Assembly (NCBI GenBank): GCA_025353105.1
Contig: JANXRG010000059.1
Span: forward strand, 2,383-66,382
Length of the DNA stretch: 64,000 nt
Source of the DNA: Verrucomicrobiota bacterium
GTDB lineage: Bacteria > Verrucomicrobiota > Verrucomicrobiia > Chthoniobacterales > SZAS-18
Reading direction: 5' to 3'
The notes under the pieces are model-generated. The model worked only from the letters and a program-made list of their open reading frames with translations. It was not told where the DNA came from and searched no databases. The position numbers were made by a program, and so were the translations under genes. Positions 31,087 to 40,895 of the stretch are shown here, in pieces (position 1 is the stretch's first letter; each line of letters starts with the position of its first letter).

Positions 31087-32568
31087 ATGACCCACCTCGA
31101 ACTCGTTTCCGAGCTCCGACACATCGTCGGCGAACGTGGCCTCGTGTCCGATCCGGACGCGCTGATGACGTACAACGCCGACGGCTGCGTCATGGACACG
31201 CATGATCCGGATGTCGTCGTGCTGCCGACGACGACCGAGCAGGTCGTGGCAGTCGTGAAGCTGGCGGCGCGCGAGCACGTGCCGGTCATCGCGCGCGGCG
31301 CGGGCACGGGCCTTTCCGGTGGGGCCACGCCGATGCGCGGCGGCATCGTGCTGGTGACGTCACGCATGGACAAGATCCTCGAGATCGACACGCGCAACAA
31401 TCGCTGCCGCGTCCAGCCGGGCGTGATTAATTTTGAGCTCACCGCGTTTCTCAAGAGCCGCGGCTATCACTTTGCTGCGGACCCGTCCTCGCAGAAGGCC
31501 TGCACGATTGGGGGCAACATCGCCAATAACAGTGGGGGCCCGCATTGCATCAAGTACGGCGTCACTGGCTCGCACGTGCTCGGCGTGCAAATGGTGCTCG
31601 CCGACGGATCCATTTTTTGGTCCGGCGAAGGCATCGTCGAGCAACCCGGGTATGATCTCACCGGCGTCACGGTCGGCGCGGAAGGGACGACCTGCGTCAT
31701 CACCGAATGCTGGTTGAAGATTTTACCAGTGCCGGAGGCGACGCGCGTGGTGATGGCGGTCTTCAACGATATCCGACCCGCGGCCGAGACGGTCAGCGCG
31801 GTGATCGCAGGCGGATTTCTTCCGGCCGCGCTCGAGGTGATGGACACGCTCGCGCTCAAGGCGGTGAACGATGCGTATCAGATGGGCATTCCCCCCGGCG
31901 CGGGGGCGGCGCTGATCATCGAGGTGGACGGAGTGGATGATGGTCTCGACGACTTACTCGCCGAGATTGTTCAAATCGCAAAGGATAAGGGCGCCATTGA
32001 GGTGCGTCCCGCGAAGACGCCGCAGGAGCAGGTGAACGTTTGGGCCGCGCGCAAGAATGCGTTCGGCGCCATGGGGCGGCTCGCTCCAACGTATCATCTC
32101 GTCGATACCGTCGTGCCGCGCACGAAACTGCCGGCGATCATGGACGACGTGAAGCGCATCTCGAAGGAAGTGAACCTTCCGATTGCGAATGTCTTTCACG
32201 CCGGGGACGGCAACCTGCATCCCATCGTGCTCTTTGATTCCACCGATCCCGATCAAAACGCGCGGGCTCACAAGGCGGTCGAGGAGATCATGCGGCTGTC
32301 CATCGGCTACGGGGGCGTGATCAGCGGCGAACACGGCGTGGGCATCGAGAAGCAGGAATTCATGTCCTATATGTTCAACGACGACGATCTCGGTGCGATG
32401 GCGGCGTTGCACGAGGCGTTTGACCCGGAAGACCTGCTGAATCCGGGCAAGATTTTTCCACGCAAAGTAAATCCGAACGAGTTGGCCGCGACGCGCCGGC
32501 AGGCCAGCACGGTGCCGGGCGGGTTGGCGGCAATCGTGGCGAAGCACGGTGAAAAAGTCTGGATCTAG
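31087..32568 (+). CDS. glcD: Glycolate oxidase FAD subunit
   Basis: RGAGTGLSGG, DPSS..ACTIGGN.A.NSGG, HAGDGNLHP, SGEHGVG.EK. Confidence 0.92.
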   Translation: MTHLELVSELRHIVGERGLVSDPDALMTYNADGCVMDTHDPDVVVLPTTTEQVVAVVKLAAREHVPVIARGAGTGLSGGATPMRGGIVLVTSRMDKILEIDTRNNRCRVQPGVINFELTAFLKSRGYHFAADPSSQKACTIGGNIANNSGGPHCIKYGVTGSHVLGVQMVLADGSIFWSGEGIVEQPGYDLTGVTVGAEGTTCVITECWLKILPVPEATRVVMAVFNDIRPAAETVSAVIAGGFLPAALEVMDTLALKAVNDAYQMGIPPGAGAALIIEVDGVDDGLDDLLAEIVQIAKDKGAIEVRPAKTPQEQVNVWAARKNAFGAMGRLAPTYHLVDTVVPRTKLPAIMDDVKRISKEVNLPIANVFHAGDGNLHPIVLFDSTDPDQNARAHKAVEEIMRLSIGYGGVISGEHGVGIEKQEFMSYMFNDDDLGAMAALHEAFDPEDLLNPGKIFPRKVNPNELAATRRQASTVPGGLAAIVAKHGEKVWI

Positions 32569-32571
32569 GCC

Positions 32572-33849
32572 ATGAGCGATCTCTTGATCCAGTTGGGATC
32601 GGCGGTTGGCGCCGAGCACGTCACGCCCGGCGCGGACGGGCTCTCGGTGCAGGGTGTTTCCCCGCATTTTGTGGTCGCACCGGGCTCGGTGGAGGAACTT
32701 TCGGAAGCCATGAAGATCGCGGCCGCGGCCCGCGCCGCGGTGATTCCCTGGGGCGGCGGCACACGCCAGGCGCTCGGCACGCCGCCGGTCGCGCTCGATC
32801 GCCCGGTCGTGGCGATGCGCACCACGCGGCTCAACCAAGTTCTCGACTACACGCCCGATGACATGACGATTTCGGTGGGCGCCGGGATGACGCTCGATGA
32901 AATTGATCAGGCCGTGCGGCCGAATGGTCAGATGCTGCCGATGGATGTGGCGTTGCCGGGCCGCTCGACGGTCGGCGGGGCGCTCGCGTGCGCCGCCGAT
33001 GGTCCACGCCGGCTGGGCTACGGCACGTTTCGCGATTTGTTTCTCGGCACAAAGGTCGTCGAGGCGGGTGGGCGCATCAGCAAGGCGGGCGGCATGACCG
33101 TGAAGAACGTCAGCGGCTTCGACCTGATGAAGCTCTACATCGGCAGCATGGGTTCGCTGGCCATTTTCACGAGCGCGAATTTCAAGCTGCTGCCCATCCC
33201 GCGCGCCGCGGCCACGATCGCATGTGAATTCGACACGCTCGAATCGGTGTTCGCCATGGCCGACGCGCTGCACACGAGCAAGCTGTTGCCGGCGGCGTGC
33301 GAACTGGTCAGCGCGGAAGGCGGTCAGGGATTTGGACTTTGCGTCGCGACCGATGGTCTTGACCAGGCGGTCGCGCGACATAAGCGCGATGTGCCCGGGC
33401 TGGCGCAGAAAGCGGGCGCGCGCGCCTCGCACGTGCTCGAGGGCGAAGAACACACCTCGCTCTGGCGTCGGATCAACGATTTGTCACAGAGCGCCGACCT
33501 CGAGCCGGATGAAATGGTAATTCGCGTGGCAAGCCTGCCGTCACTGCTGGGCTCGGCGTTGGTCGCGCTGCAGGTCGCGGCGAAGAAACACGCGCTTCGC
33601 CTGCAAATCAGCGCCCGGGTGCTGAACGGCATCGCGTACGTCCGCACGCGCGGCACCGCATGGAAGGCGTTTCATGAAGTGGCGCTCACAACTCTGCCGG
33701 AAGTTTCGATCGTCACGCTCGGCCTCGGCACGCCGGAGCCTTCCGTTGATGTCTGGGGCCGTCCGCCAAACGGCCTCGACGTCATGCGGCGCATTAAGGC
33801 GGAGTTCGATCCGGCGAACATCCTCAATCCGGGCCGGTATCTCGTTTAG
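32572..33849 (+). CDS. glcE: Glycolate oxidase FAD-binding subunit
   Basis: GP.R..YGT.RD, VKNVSGFDLMKL..GS.G.L, FDP..ILNPGR; located between glcD and glcF. Confidence 0.88.
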   Translation: MSDLLIQLGSAVGAEHVTPGADGLSVQGVSPHFVVAPGSVEELSEAMKIAAAARAAVIPWGGGTRQALGTPPVALDRPVVAMRTTRLNQVLDYTPDDMTISVGAGMTLDEIDQAVRPNGQMLPMDVALPGRSTVGGALACAADGPRRLGYGTFRDLFLGTKVVEAGGRISKAGGMTVKNVSGFDLMKLYIGSMGSLAIFTSANFKLLPIPRAAATIACEFDTLESVFAMADALHTSKLLPAACELVSAEGGQGFGLCVATDGLDQAVARHKRDVPGLAQKAGARASHVLEGEEHTSLWRRINDLSQSADLEPDEMVIRVASLPSLLGSALVALQVAAKKHALRLQISARVLNGIAYVRTRGTAWKAFHEVALTTLPEVSIVTLGLGTPEPSVDVWGRPPNGLDVMRRIKAEFDPANILNPGRYLV

Positions 33850-33861
33850 TTTTTTCTCTCG

Positions 33862-35247
33862 ATGTCCACTGCTCTCGCTCCCGCTCCCGCCCCCCCGCGA
33901 ACCCTCGTCGGATTTTCCGGCAAGGACTCGCCGGAACCCGCGCTGATCAACACCTGCGTGCATTGCGGCCTTTGTCTTTCCTCTTGTCCGACGTATCGCG
34001 AGACCGGGCTCGAGATGTCGTCGCCGCGGGGCCGGATCTATTTGATGAAGGCGGTCAGCGAAGGCCGCATGTCGCTCGCGAGCGAGGTCTTTCAGGGCCA
34101 AATGAGCGAGTGCTTGAATTGCCGCGCGTGTGAAGCGGTTTGTCCGAGCGGCGTGCAGTACGGCGCGATTGTCGAAGCTAGCCGCGCGCAAATCCAAACG
34201 GCGCGCGAGCATGCCAGCGGGACTGGGCCGATCCGGCCGCAGGGCGCATCGGTCGGACTCATCCGCGCGTTTGTCTTTGGCCGGTTATTCAAGAGCATGG
34301 CGATGTTCCGCGGCTTTTCGTGGCTGATGAAGATGTACCAGGTGACCGGCGTGCAATGGCTTGCGCGCAACCTGGGGATTTTGAAATTGATGGGTACCTC
34401 GGAGATGGAGCTGATGTTGCCGAGGTTCTCATCGACGTTTACCGTGCCGAAAGGCCAGGTGTATCCGGCGGAGGGAACGAAGCGCCAGCGGGTGGCGCTG
34501 ATGCCGGGCTGCATCATGAGCACGGCGTTCGCGCACGTGCACGAGGCTACGATTCGCGTGCTGCAGAAGAACGGCTGCGAGGTGGTGCTGCCTCCGAACC
34601 AGGGTTGTTGCGGCGCGCTGCACACGCACGGTGGCGACCTCGACGGGGGCCGCGAACTCGCGCGCACCAATATCGTCGCGCTCGAGCAGGGCGGGCTGGA
34701 TGAACTCGACGCGATCATCATCAACGCGGCGGGTTGCGGTAGCACGCTAAAGGAATACGGGCATCTCTTGCACGAGGATCCAGCCTGGCATGATCGCGCG
34801 GGGAAATTCGTAGCCAAGGTGAAGGACGTGCACGAGTTCCTCGCGCAGATCGGTTTGAACACCGCCGATCTCAAGCCGTTGCCCGTGAAGGTGACCTACC
34901 AGGAACCCTGCCACCTCGCGCACGCGCAGCGCATCACCGCGCAGCCGCGGCAACTGCTTAACGCCATTCCCGGGCTCAAGTTGGTCGAGATGGCCGAGAG
35001 CTCGCTGTGCTGCGGCAGCGCGGGCGTGTACAACATCACGCAGCCGGAACTCGCCTCGTCGCTCGGCGCGCGCAAAATCGAAAATGCGCTCGCGACCGGA
35101 GCCGAGGTGATCGCCACGGCCAATCCAGGTTGCGCGCTGCAGCTCGCGGTCGAACTCAAGAAAAAGGGCCGGGACGTTCCGGTCCGTTACATCGTCGAGC
35201 TGCTCGATGAGTCGTATCGCGGTGTTCGATCAAAGTCGCTGGCGTGA
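33862..35247 (+). CDS. glcF: Glycolate oxidase iron-sulfur subunit
   Basis: CVHCGLCLSSCPTY, SPRGRI, CLNCRACEAVCPSGV, CCG domains. Confidence 0.93.
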   Translation: MSTALAPAPAPPRTLVGFSGKDSPEPALINTCVHCGLCLSSCPTYRETGLEMSSPRGRIYLMKAVSEGRMSLASEVFQGQMSECLNCRACEAVCPSGVQYGAIVEASRAQIQTAREHASGTGPIRPQGASVGLIRAFVFGRLFKSMAMFRGFSWLMKMYQVTGVQWLARNLGILKLMGTSEMELMLPRFSSTFTVPKGQVYPAEGTKRQRVALMPGCIMSTAFAHVHEATIRVLQKNGCEVVLPPNQGCCGALHTHGGDLDGGRELARTNIVALEQGGLDELDAIIINAAGCGSTLKEYGHLLHEDPAWHDRAGKFVAKVKDVHEFLAQIGLNTADLKPLPVKVTYQEPCHLAHAQRITAQPRQLLNAIPGLKLVEMAESSLCCGSAGVYNITQPELASSLGARKIENALATGAEVIATANPGCALQLAVELKKKGRDVPVRYIVELLDESYRGVRSKSLA

Positions 35248-35999
35248 TCGGGAACTTCGGGACACGATTCCCAAATTTTCCAGATGGAGAGAATGGACGG
35301 GGAAATAATTTCGTAAATTTGGCTAATTTGGAAAATTTAGTTCGAATCACTGCGACTCATCCCGCGATCTCTCGCGATGCGCTGGACCGTCACGTCGTCG
35401 AGTTGAGCGCCTGCCGGCGATGTCCGCGGATGCATCCTGCGGTGGTGACGGGCGGCGCGGTGCGGAGCCGGATCCTCCATGTTGGCCAGGCGCCCGGTGA
35501 CAAGGAACCTAAGCTCGGCCGGCCTTTCGCCTGGACCGCGGGCCGCACGCTCTTTGGCTGGTTCCAGGAGGCGTTGGGCTGGTCGGAAGCCGACTATCGC
35601 TCGCGCATTTACATGGCGGCCGTGTGCCGTTGCTTCCCAGGCAAGCGGCCGGGCGGGGGCGACCGCGTGCCCGATCCGGCGGAGATCGCGAATTGTGCGT
35701 CGTGGCTGCAGCGTGAAATCGAAATTCTCCGGCCCGCGCTGGTCCTGCCGATTGGCAAACTCGCCATCGCGCAGTTCATGGAAGTCCCCCGCCTCGACAC
35801 CGTGATTGGGCAGCAGTTCGCGCTGGAAAGGTACGGGCACACCTTCGATCTCATCCCGCTTCCGCATCCTTCGGGCGCATCGCCCTGGCACCGGATGGAA
35901 CCGGGAAAGACGCTTCTGCACCGTGCGCTCGCGCGCGTCGCGGCGCACCCCGCCGTGGTTTCAACCGTTGACGCTGAGCGTCGCACGAGACGAAGCTGA
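35244..35999 (+). CDS. Uracil-DNA glycosylase superfamily protein (start uncertain)
   Basis: CRRC, VGQAPG..E, CFPG, LPHPSG; no in-frame ATG ahead of the domain. Confidence 0.85.
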   Translation: MIGNFGTRFPNFPDGENGRGNNFVNLANLENLVRITATHPAISRDALDRHVVELSACRRCPRMHPAVVTGGAVRSRILHVGQAPGDKEPKLGRPFAWTAGRTLFGWFQEALGWSEADYRSRIYMAAVCRCFPGKRPGGGDRVPDPAEIANCASWLQREIEILRPALVLPIGKLAIAQFMEVPRLDTVIGQQFALERYGHTFDLIPLPHPSGASPWHRMEPGKTLLHRALARVAAHPAVVSTVDAERRTRRS

Positions 36000-36003
36000 C
36001 GGC

Positions 36004-36255
36004 GTGGCGGACCGACGCGGCCTGCTGCTGACCATCCTGGTGTCGCTGCTTTTTCTGGCCGCGATCGAGTGGCGAGCCACCCGGCCCGAATCGAGGAAGC
36101 GCCCAACGCGGTGCCCAACCGGAGCCCGTATTTTGGGACCGACCCTCGTTCCGCTCCCGGCCTCCGCCCGTCGGGTCGAGGTGACGGTCCAGCTTACGTC
36201 GCGGCGTTGGACGCTCCCGGTGAGCGGCTGGGCGCTGGCTCGCTGCGTCGGCTGA
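36004..36255 (+). CDS. Possible small membrane-anchored protein
   Basis: GTG 4 nt after the UDG stop; one hydrophobic helix LLLTILVSLLFLAAI. Confidence 0.3.
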   Translation: MADRRGLLLTILVSLLFLAAIEWRATRPESRKRPTRCPTGARILGPTLVPLPASARRVEVTVQLTSRRWTLPVSGWALARCVG

Positions 36256-36393
36256 TGCGTTCGAATCCGCTCAAGATCACAGTCGCAGGCAACCAATTCC
36301 AGCTAGACAACGAAGATGCCCACCGCATTCTTTCGGGTGGTTGGAGTTGTGCATCGCCCTTTCACTTCCGAATTTACCCGACCCCCCGAAAAT

Positions 36394-37881
36394 ATGCCCA
36401 CGTTCGTTGCCGCCCCCGTTGTTCCCATCTTTCGTGATGGCACTTGGATTACGCCAAACGCCGCTGACTTCATGCCGGTGCATAACCCGTCAACCGGCGA
36501 GGTGATCGCGCGTACCCCGCTCCTGGATGCGGCGCAGGTGGACGCCGTGGTCGAAGGTGCCGCGAAGGCCTTTGCCACCTGGTCGAAGACGTCCTACACG
36601 AAGCGAGTCGGAATCCTGTTCAAATACAAGGAACTGCTCGAGGCGAATTTTCTCGAGTTGTCCCAGCTGGTGACGCGCGAGAACGGCAAGACGCTCGACG
36701 AGGCGAAAGGCGATGTCCGCCGAGGCATCGAATGCGTCGAGTTCGCCTGCGGGATTCCGATCCTCGCGAAGGGCGAGAATCTACCGCAGCTCGCCGACAT
36801 GATCGATGGGCTCACCAGCCGGGAGCCGATCGGCGTCTGCGCCGGAATCGTCCCATTCAATTTCCCGGCGATGGTGCCGATGTGGATGTTCCCGCTGGCG
36901 ATCGCCTGCGGAAACACGTTCGTCTTGAAACCCAGCGAGAAGGTCCCGCTCACCGCCGTGCGGATGGCGGAACTCTTCCAGCAGGCCGGCCTGCCGGAAG
37001 GGGTCTTCAGCATCGTCCACGGCGCGCGCGAGGTTGTCGACACGCTGTGCACGCACCCGAAAATCGCAGCGATCAGTTTTGTCGGATCGTCGCCGGTGGC
37101 ACGCCATGTGTATGCGCTCGGCTCTGCGAACGGCAAGCGTGTCCAGGCGGCCGGCGGGGCCAAGAACGTGCTGCTCGTCATGCCGGACGCCGATCCCGAC
37201 CCGACGCTGCGCGCGATCATGGGGAGCGCATTCGGCTGCGCCGGCCAGCGTTGCATGGCGGGTTCGGTGCTGATGGGCGTGGGCGAGGTCGCCGATGATC
37301 TGCGAGATCGCCTCGTGGCTGCGATGGATGCGCTCAAGCTTGATGACACCTCGGCAAATCCGGAGGCCGGCATGGGACCGGTCATCGACGGCGGGGCGCA
37401 GAGCCGGCTGCGGGATTTGATTTCCGCGGGCGCGAAGACGGAAGCAAAACTCGTTCGGGACGGCCGGGAGACGAAAATGACGCGCGGCTTCTTCGTCGGC
37501 CCGACGCTTTTTGATCAAGTGGAACCGGGGATGAAATTGTTTCGGGACGAACTGTTTGGTCCGGTGCTGTCGATGCTGCGGCCCGGCAGTCTTGACGAGG
37601 CAATTGCGATGATGGGCCAGCTGCGCTTCGGCAACGGCGCGAGCATTTTCACCACGAACGGCGGGACGGCGCGGCAATTTGTCCGCGAGATGCCGGCTGG
37701 GATGATCGGCATCAATGTCGGCGTGCCGGCGGCGCCTGCGATCTTTTCGTTCAGCGGGTGGAACGGTTCCTTTTATGGTGACCTGCACGTCATGGGCGTC
37801 GAGGGTGTGCAGTTTTACACGCGGCAGAAGATGGTGCTCTCGCGCTGGGATTCCACGTATCGCCGCTCGATGGGATGGTGA
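36394..37881 (+). CDS. mmsA: CoA-acylating (methyl)malonate-semialdehyde dehydrogenase
   Basis: PFNFPAMVPMWMFP, KPSE, FVGS, GAKN, AFGCAGQRCMA, G.NVGVP. Confidence 0.93.
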   Translation: MPTFVAAPVVPIFRDGTWITPNAADFMPVHNPSTGEVIARTPLLDAAQVDAVVEGAAKAFATWSKTSYTKRVGILFKYKELLEANFLELSQLVTRENGKTLDEAKGDVRRGIECVEFACGIPILAKGENLPQLADMIDGLTSREPIGVCAGIVPFNFPAMVPMWMFPLAIACGNTFVLKPSEKVPLTAVRMAELFQQAGLPEGVFSIVHGAREVVDTLCTHPKIAAISFVGSSPVARHVYALGSANGKRVQAAGGAKNVLLVMPDADPDPTLRAIMGSAFGCAGQRCMAGSVLMGVGEVADDLRDRLVAAMDALKLDDTSANPEAGMGPVIDGGAQSRLRDLISAGAKTEAKLVRDGRETKMTRGFFVGPTLFDQVEPGMKLFRDELFGPVLSMLRPGSLDEAIAMMGQLRFGNGASIFTTNGGTARQFVREMPAGMIGINVGVPAAPAIFSFSGWNGSFYGDLHVMGVEGVQFYTRQKMVLSRWDSTYRRSMGW

Positions 37882-37907
37882 GCCCGCGGCCCGGGGCGGA
37901 TCGCGGG

Positions 37908-38036
37908 AAACTCGAAACTCGAAGGAAGTTTCAAAGTTGCGAAGTTCGAACACCCGACCGACACCCAGCTTGCGAGGATCGCATTTTTTGATCTTAATTT
38001 TTCAAACTTTCTGACCCTTCTTCGAGTTTCGAGTTT
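37908..38036. repeat. Heptad-based element with 17-bp perfect terminal inverted repeats
   Basis: AAACTCGAAACTCGAAG (37908-37924) / CTTCGAGTTTCGAGTTT (38020-38036). Confidence 0.85.
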
Positions 38037-38044
38037 TTTCCGCC

Positions 38045-39205
38045 GTGCCCTACGTCTTCAACATCCCCGCGGCCGTCGTCACCGGCGGCGGCGCCAGCCG
38101 GGAACTTGTTGTCCATGCCCGGCGGTTGGGCGGCAGCCGCGTTCTGATCGTGACGGACGATTTCATGGTGCAGAGCGGCGTGGTGCAGACCTTCATCGAT
38201 TTGTTGCAGGGCGCGGGAATGCCGTCCGCGATTTTCAGCGGGGTGCAGCCGGATCCCACGGAACAAAATGTGATCGATGGACTGGCCGCGCTCCAGGATG
38301 CCGGCGCTGATTTAATCGTGGCGATCGGCGGGGGCAGTCCGATCGACTGCGCCAAGGCAATCGGCATGCTCGCGACGAATGGCGGTCAGATGCGTGACTT
38401 CATGGGGTACGAGAAGATTCCGCGCGCGGGGATGCCACTGATCGCGATTCCGACCACCGCCGGCACCGGCAGCGAGGTGACCCGCGCTTCGGTGATCACG
38501 GATCCGGCGCGTGACGAAAAGATGCTGCTCATGAGCGTGCAGCTCGTGCCGCAGGTGGCGTTGGTCGATTTTGAATTGACGATGTCGATGCCCGGACCGC
38601 TCACCGCGGCGGTTGGCGTGGACACGTTGACGCACGCGATTGAGGCCTATGTGTCGAAGAAAGCGAACGGCGTGACCGATCCGATCGCGCTTTCCTGCGT
38701 GAGTCTCGTGGCGGGAAATCTCCGCACGGCCTTTCGCGAGCCCGGCAACCGCTCGGCGCGCGAGGCCATGTCGCTCGCGGCGTGCCAGGGCGGGATGGCG
38801 TTCGGGAACAGCAGTGTGTGCCTGGTCCATGGCATGAGCCGGCCGATTGGCGCGCTCTTCCATGTGCCGCACGGTATTTCAAATGCGATGCTCCTGCCGG
38901 CGGTGACCCGGTTTTCGCTGCGTGGATCGATTGCGCGATACGCCGCCGTGGCGCGGGCGATGGGCGCGGCCGGGCCGGACGACGCGGATGAGCGTGCGGC
39001 GGAGGCATTGATTGATGCGCTCGAGGCGTTGAACCGGGATCTCGCCATTCCGCGGCTGCGCGAGCACCCGCGCCTGAATGAGGCGAAGTTCTTTTCGTCC
39101 CTTGAAAAGATGGCGACGGACGCCTTGGTCTCCGGGAGCCCTGGGAATAACCCGGTGGTCCCCACGGCGGAGGAAATTGTCGCGCTGTACCGGGCGGCGT
39201 GGTGA
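38045..39205 (+). CDS. Iron-containing alcohol dehydrogenase
   Basis: GGGSPID, PTTAGTGSE, DTLTHAIE, HG, HVPHG.SNA. Confidence 0.95.
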   Translation: MPYVFNIPAAVVTGGGASRELVVHARRLGGSRVLIVTDDFMVQSGVVQTFIDLLQGAGMPSAIFSGVQPDPTEQNVIDGLAALQDAGADLIVAIGGGSPIDCAKAIGMLATNGGQMRDFMGYEKIPRAGMPLIAIPTTAGTGSEVTRASVITDPARDEKMLLMSVQLVPQVALVDFELTMSMPGPLTAAVGVDTLTHAIEAYVSKKANGVTDPIALSCVSLVAGNLRTAFREPGNRSAREAMSLAACQGGMAFGNSSVCLVHGMSRPIGALFHVPHGISNAMLLPAVTRFSLRGSIARYAAVARAMGAAGPDDADERAAEALIDALEALNRDLAIPRLREHPRLNEAKFFSSLEKMATDALVSGSPGNNPVVPTAEEIVALYRAAW

Positions 39206-39398
39206 GCCAGCAGCCCGGTCGTGCGGGGCAACTGGTCGGGTGGGGCCTGCACGCGCCCATTAAATCAGGCGTTCGGCGCGTTTGACGCTTGCCAAACGCT
39301 GGCATTGCATTCAATTTTTCCGCCTTCGTCAGTTAATCCGGCACCCCCCGGATGGGAGGTGCTCGCCGTTCCCAAAATCCAACCCAATTCGTCTGCAC

Positions 39399-40664
39399 AT
39401 GATGAAACGCTCCCTCCAATTAGTTCCCGCCTTGGGCTTCGCGATTGCCGCGATGACCTTTGGCGGATGCAACAAGGCCGAAGACAAACCAAAAACGGTC
39501 GAGGCCAAACCCGCGACCCCCGCCGCTTCCGCCCCGGCCCCGGCGCCTGTGGCAGCTGAACCGATTAAGATCGGTGTGATCGGGCCGTACACGGGAGGTT
39601 CTTCGCCCATGGGCCTTTCCATGCGTGACGGTGTGCGCCTTGCGGCCAAAGAAATCAACGCCAATGGAGGTGTGCTCGGCAAGAAAATTGAGCTCATCGA
39701 ACGCGATGATCAGGCAACCAACGAACGCGGCGCGCAGGTCACGCAGGAATTGATCGCCAGCCAAAAGGTGTCGGCCATTCTCGGCTTCATCAACACGGGC
39801 GTGGCGAAAGCTTCCGTGCGCTATCCGGTTGAGGGGAAAATTCCCACCATCATCAACGTGGCCACCGGAATCATTGTTAACGAGTACTTCAAGGATGCCG
39901 AAGGCAAGCCGCAGGAGAATTACCTGTTTTCGATGAGCGCGAACGATACCATCCAGTCTGATCTGATCGTCTCCGAGTTTGTCGACAAAAAGGGCTACAA
40001 GAAGATCGCCATCCTGGCGGACGACACCAACTACGGGCAGAGTGGTCGTGAATTCGTGGAGAACGAGCTGAAGAAGCGCGACATCACGGCGGTCTACGTT
40101 GGCAAATTCAAGATTAAGGACACGGACATGACGCCGCAGTTGCAGGAGGCCAAAGCGGCCGGCGCCGAAGCTCTGATCGTGTTCGGCATCGGGCCGGAGA
40201 ACGCCCAGATCGCGAACGGCCGCGCCAAACTCGGCTGGATGGTTCCGATGATTGGCTCGTGGACGATGTCGATGTCGAACTTCATCGACAATGCCACCGT
40301 GAATGGTGAGGGCGTCATGATGCCGCAGAGCTTCATTCAGGATTCCGCCAAGACGGATCGGCAGAAAAAGTTCGTCGCTGAGTATTTGAAGGAATTCAAA
40401 CCACAAGATGATCGCATTCCCGTCGCGGTGGCGGCGGCCCAGGGTTACGATTCCATGTACGTCATGGCCGGGGCAATCAAGGAAGCGGGCAGCACCGACG
40501 GCACGAAGGTACGTGACGCCTTGTGCGACCTGAAGAATCCGTATTCCGGAGTCGTGATGACGTACAACAAGCCGTTCAGCGCGACGAACCACATCGCCCT
40601 CCGCAAGGCGGACGTCGGTCTCGGAATGGTGAAGGCTGGCCGCGTCGCTCCGGCGAACCCGTAA
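39399..40664 (+). CDS. ABC substrate-binding lipoprotein (branched-chain amino acid/HAAT family)
   Basis: Lipobox FGGC, Pro/Ala linker, IKIG..GP.TG, INANGGVLGKKIEL, QGYD. Confidence 0.9.
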   Translation: MMKRSLQLVPALGFAIAAMTFGGCNKAEDKPKTVEAKPATPAASAPAPAPVAAEPIKIGVIGPYTGGSSPMGLSMRDGVRLAAKEINANGGVLGKKIELIERDDQATNERGAQVTQELIASQKVSAILGFINTGVAKASVRYPVEGKIPTIINVATGIIVNEYFKDAEGKPQENYLFSMSANDTIQSDLIVSEFVDKKGYKKIAILADDTNYGQSGREFVENELKKRDITAVYVGKFKIKDTDMTPQLQEAKAAGAEALIVFGIGPENAQIANGRAKLGWMVPMIGSWTMSMSNFIDNATVNGEGVMMPQSFIQDSAKTDRQKKFVAEYLKEFKPQDDRIPVAVAAAQGYDSMYVMAGAIKEAGSTDGTKVRDALCDLKNPYSGVVMTYNKPFSATNHIALRKADVGLGMVKAGRVAPANP

Positions 40665-40699
40665 TTCCGACCGGGCCTCTGATGGCCCGACTCAATTCC

Positions 40700-40738
40700 A
40701 GGCCCCGGTGGATAAACTCCGCCGGGGTCTTTTTGTTT
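40700..40738 (+). terminator. Rho-independent terminator
   Basis: AGGCCCCGG...CCGGGGTCT stem followed by TTTTGTTT, after the SBP stop. Confidence 0.8.
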
Positions 40739-40895
40739 AAAGCGTGAGTTGCCGTCCGCTGTGATCCTGGCCGCAGCGCAGGCGCGGAATTTCGAAACCA
40801 GAATGGCGAAGCCTGAACGATTGGCGAAATCCAAATGACGAAACGTCGCGCAATTTCACGCTCCCTCGGGATTCGTCAGGCGGAGCGAAGCGACG

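Noticed and set aside
15730..40592. Long overlapping ORFs (e.g. 15809..17305, 16882..18120, 22131..23300, 31954..33453, 36781..37953, 39420..40592)
   Set aside because: Antisense or alternate-frame shadows of well-supported genes, expected at high GC.
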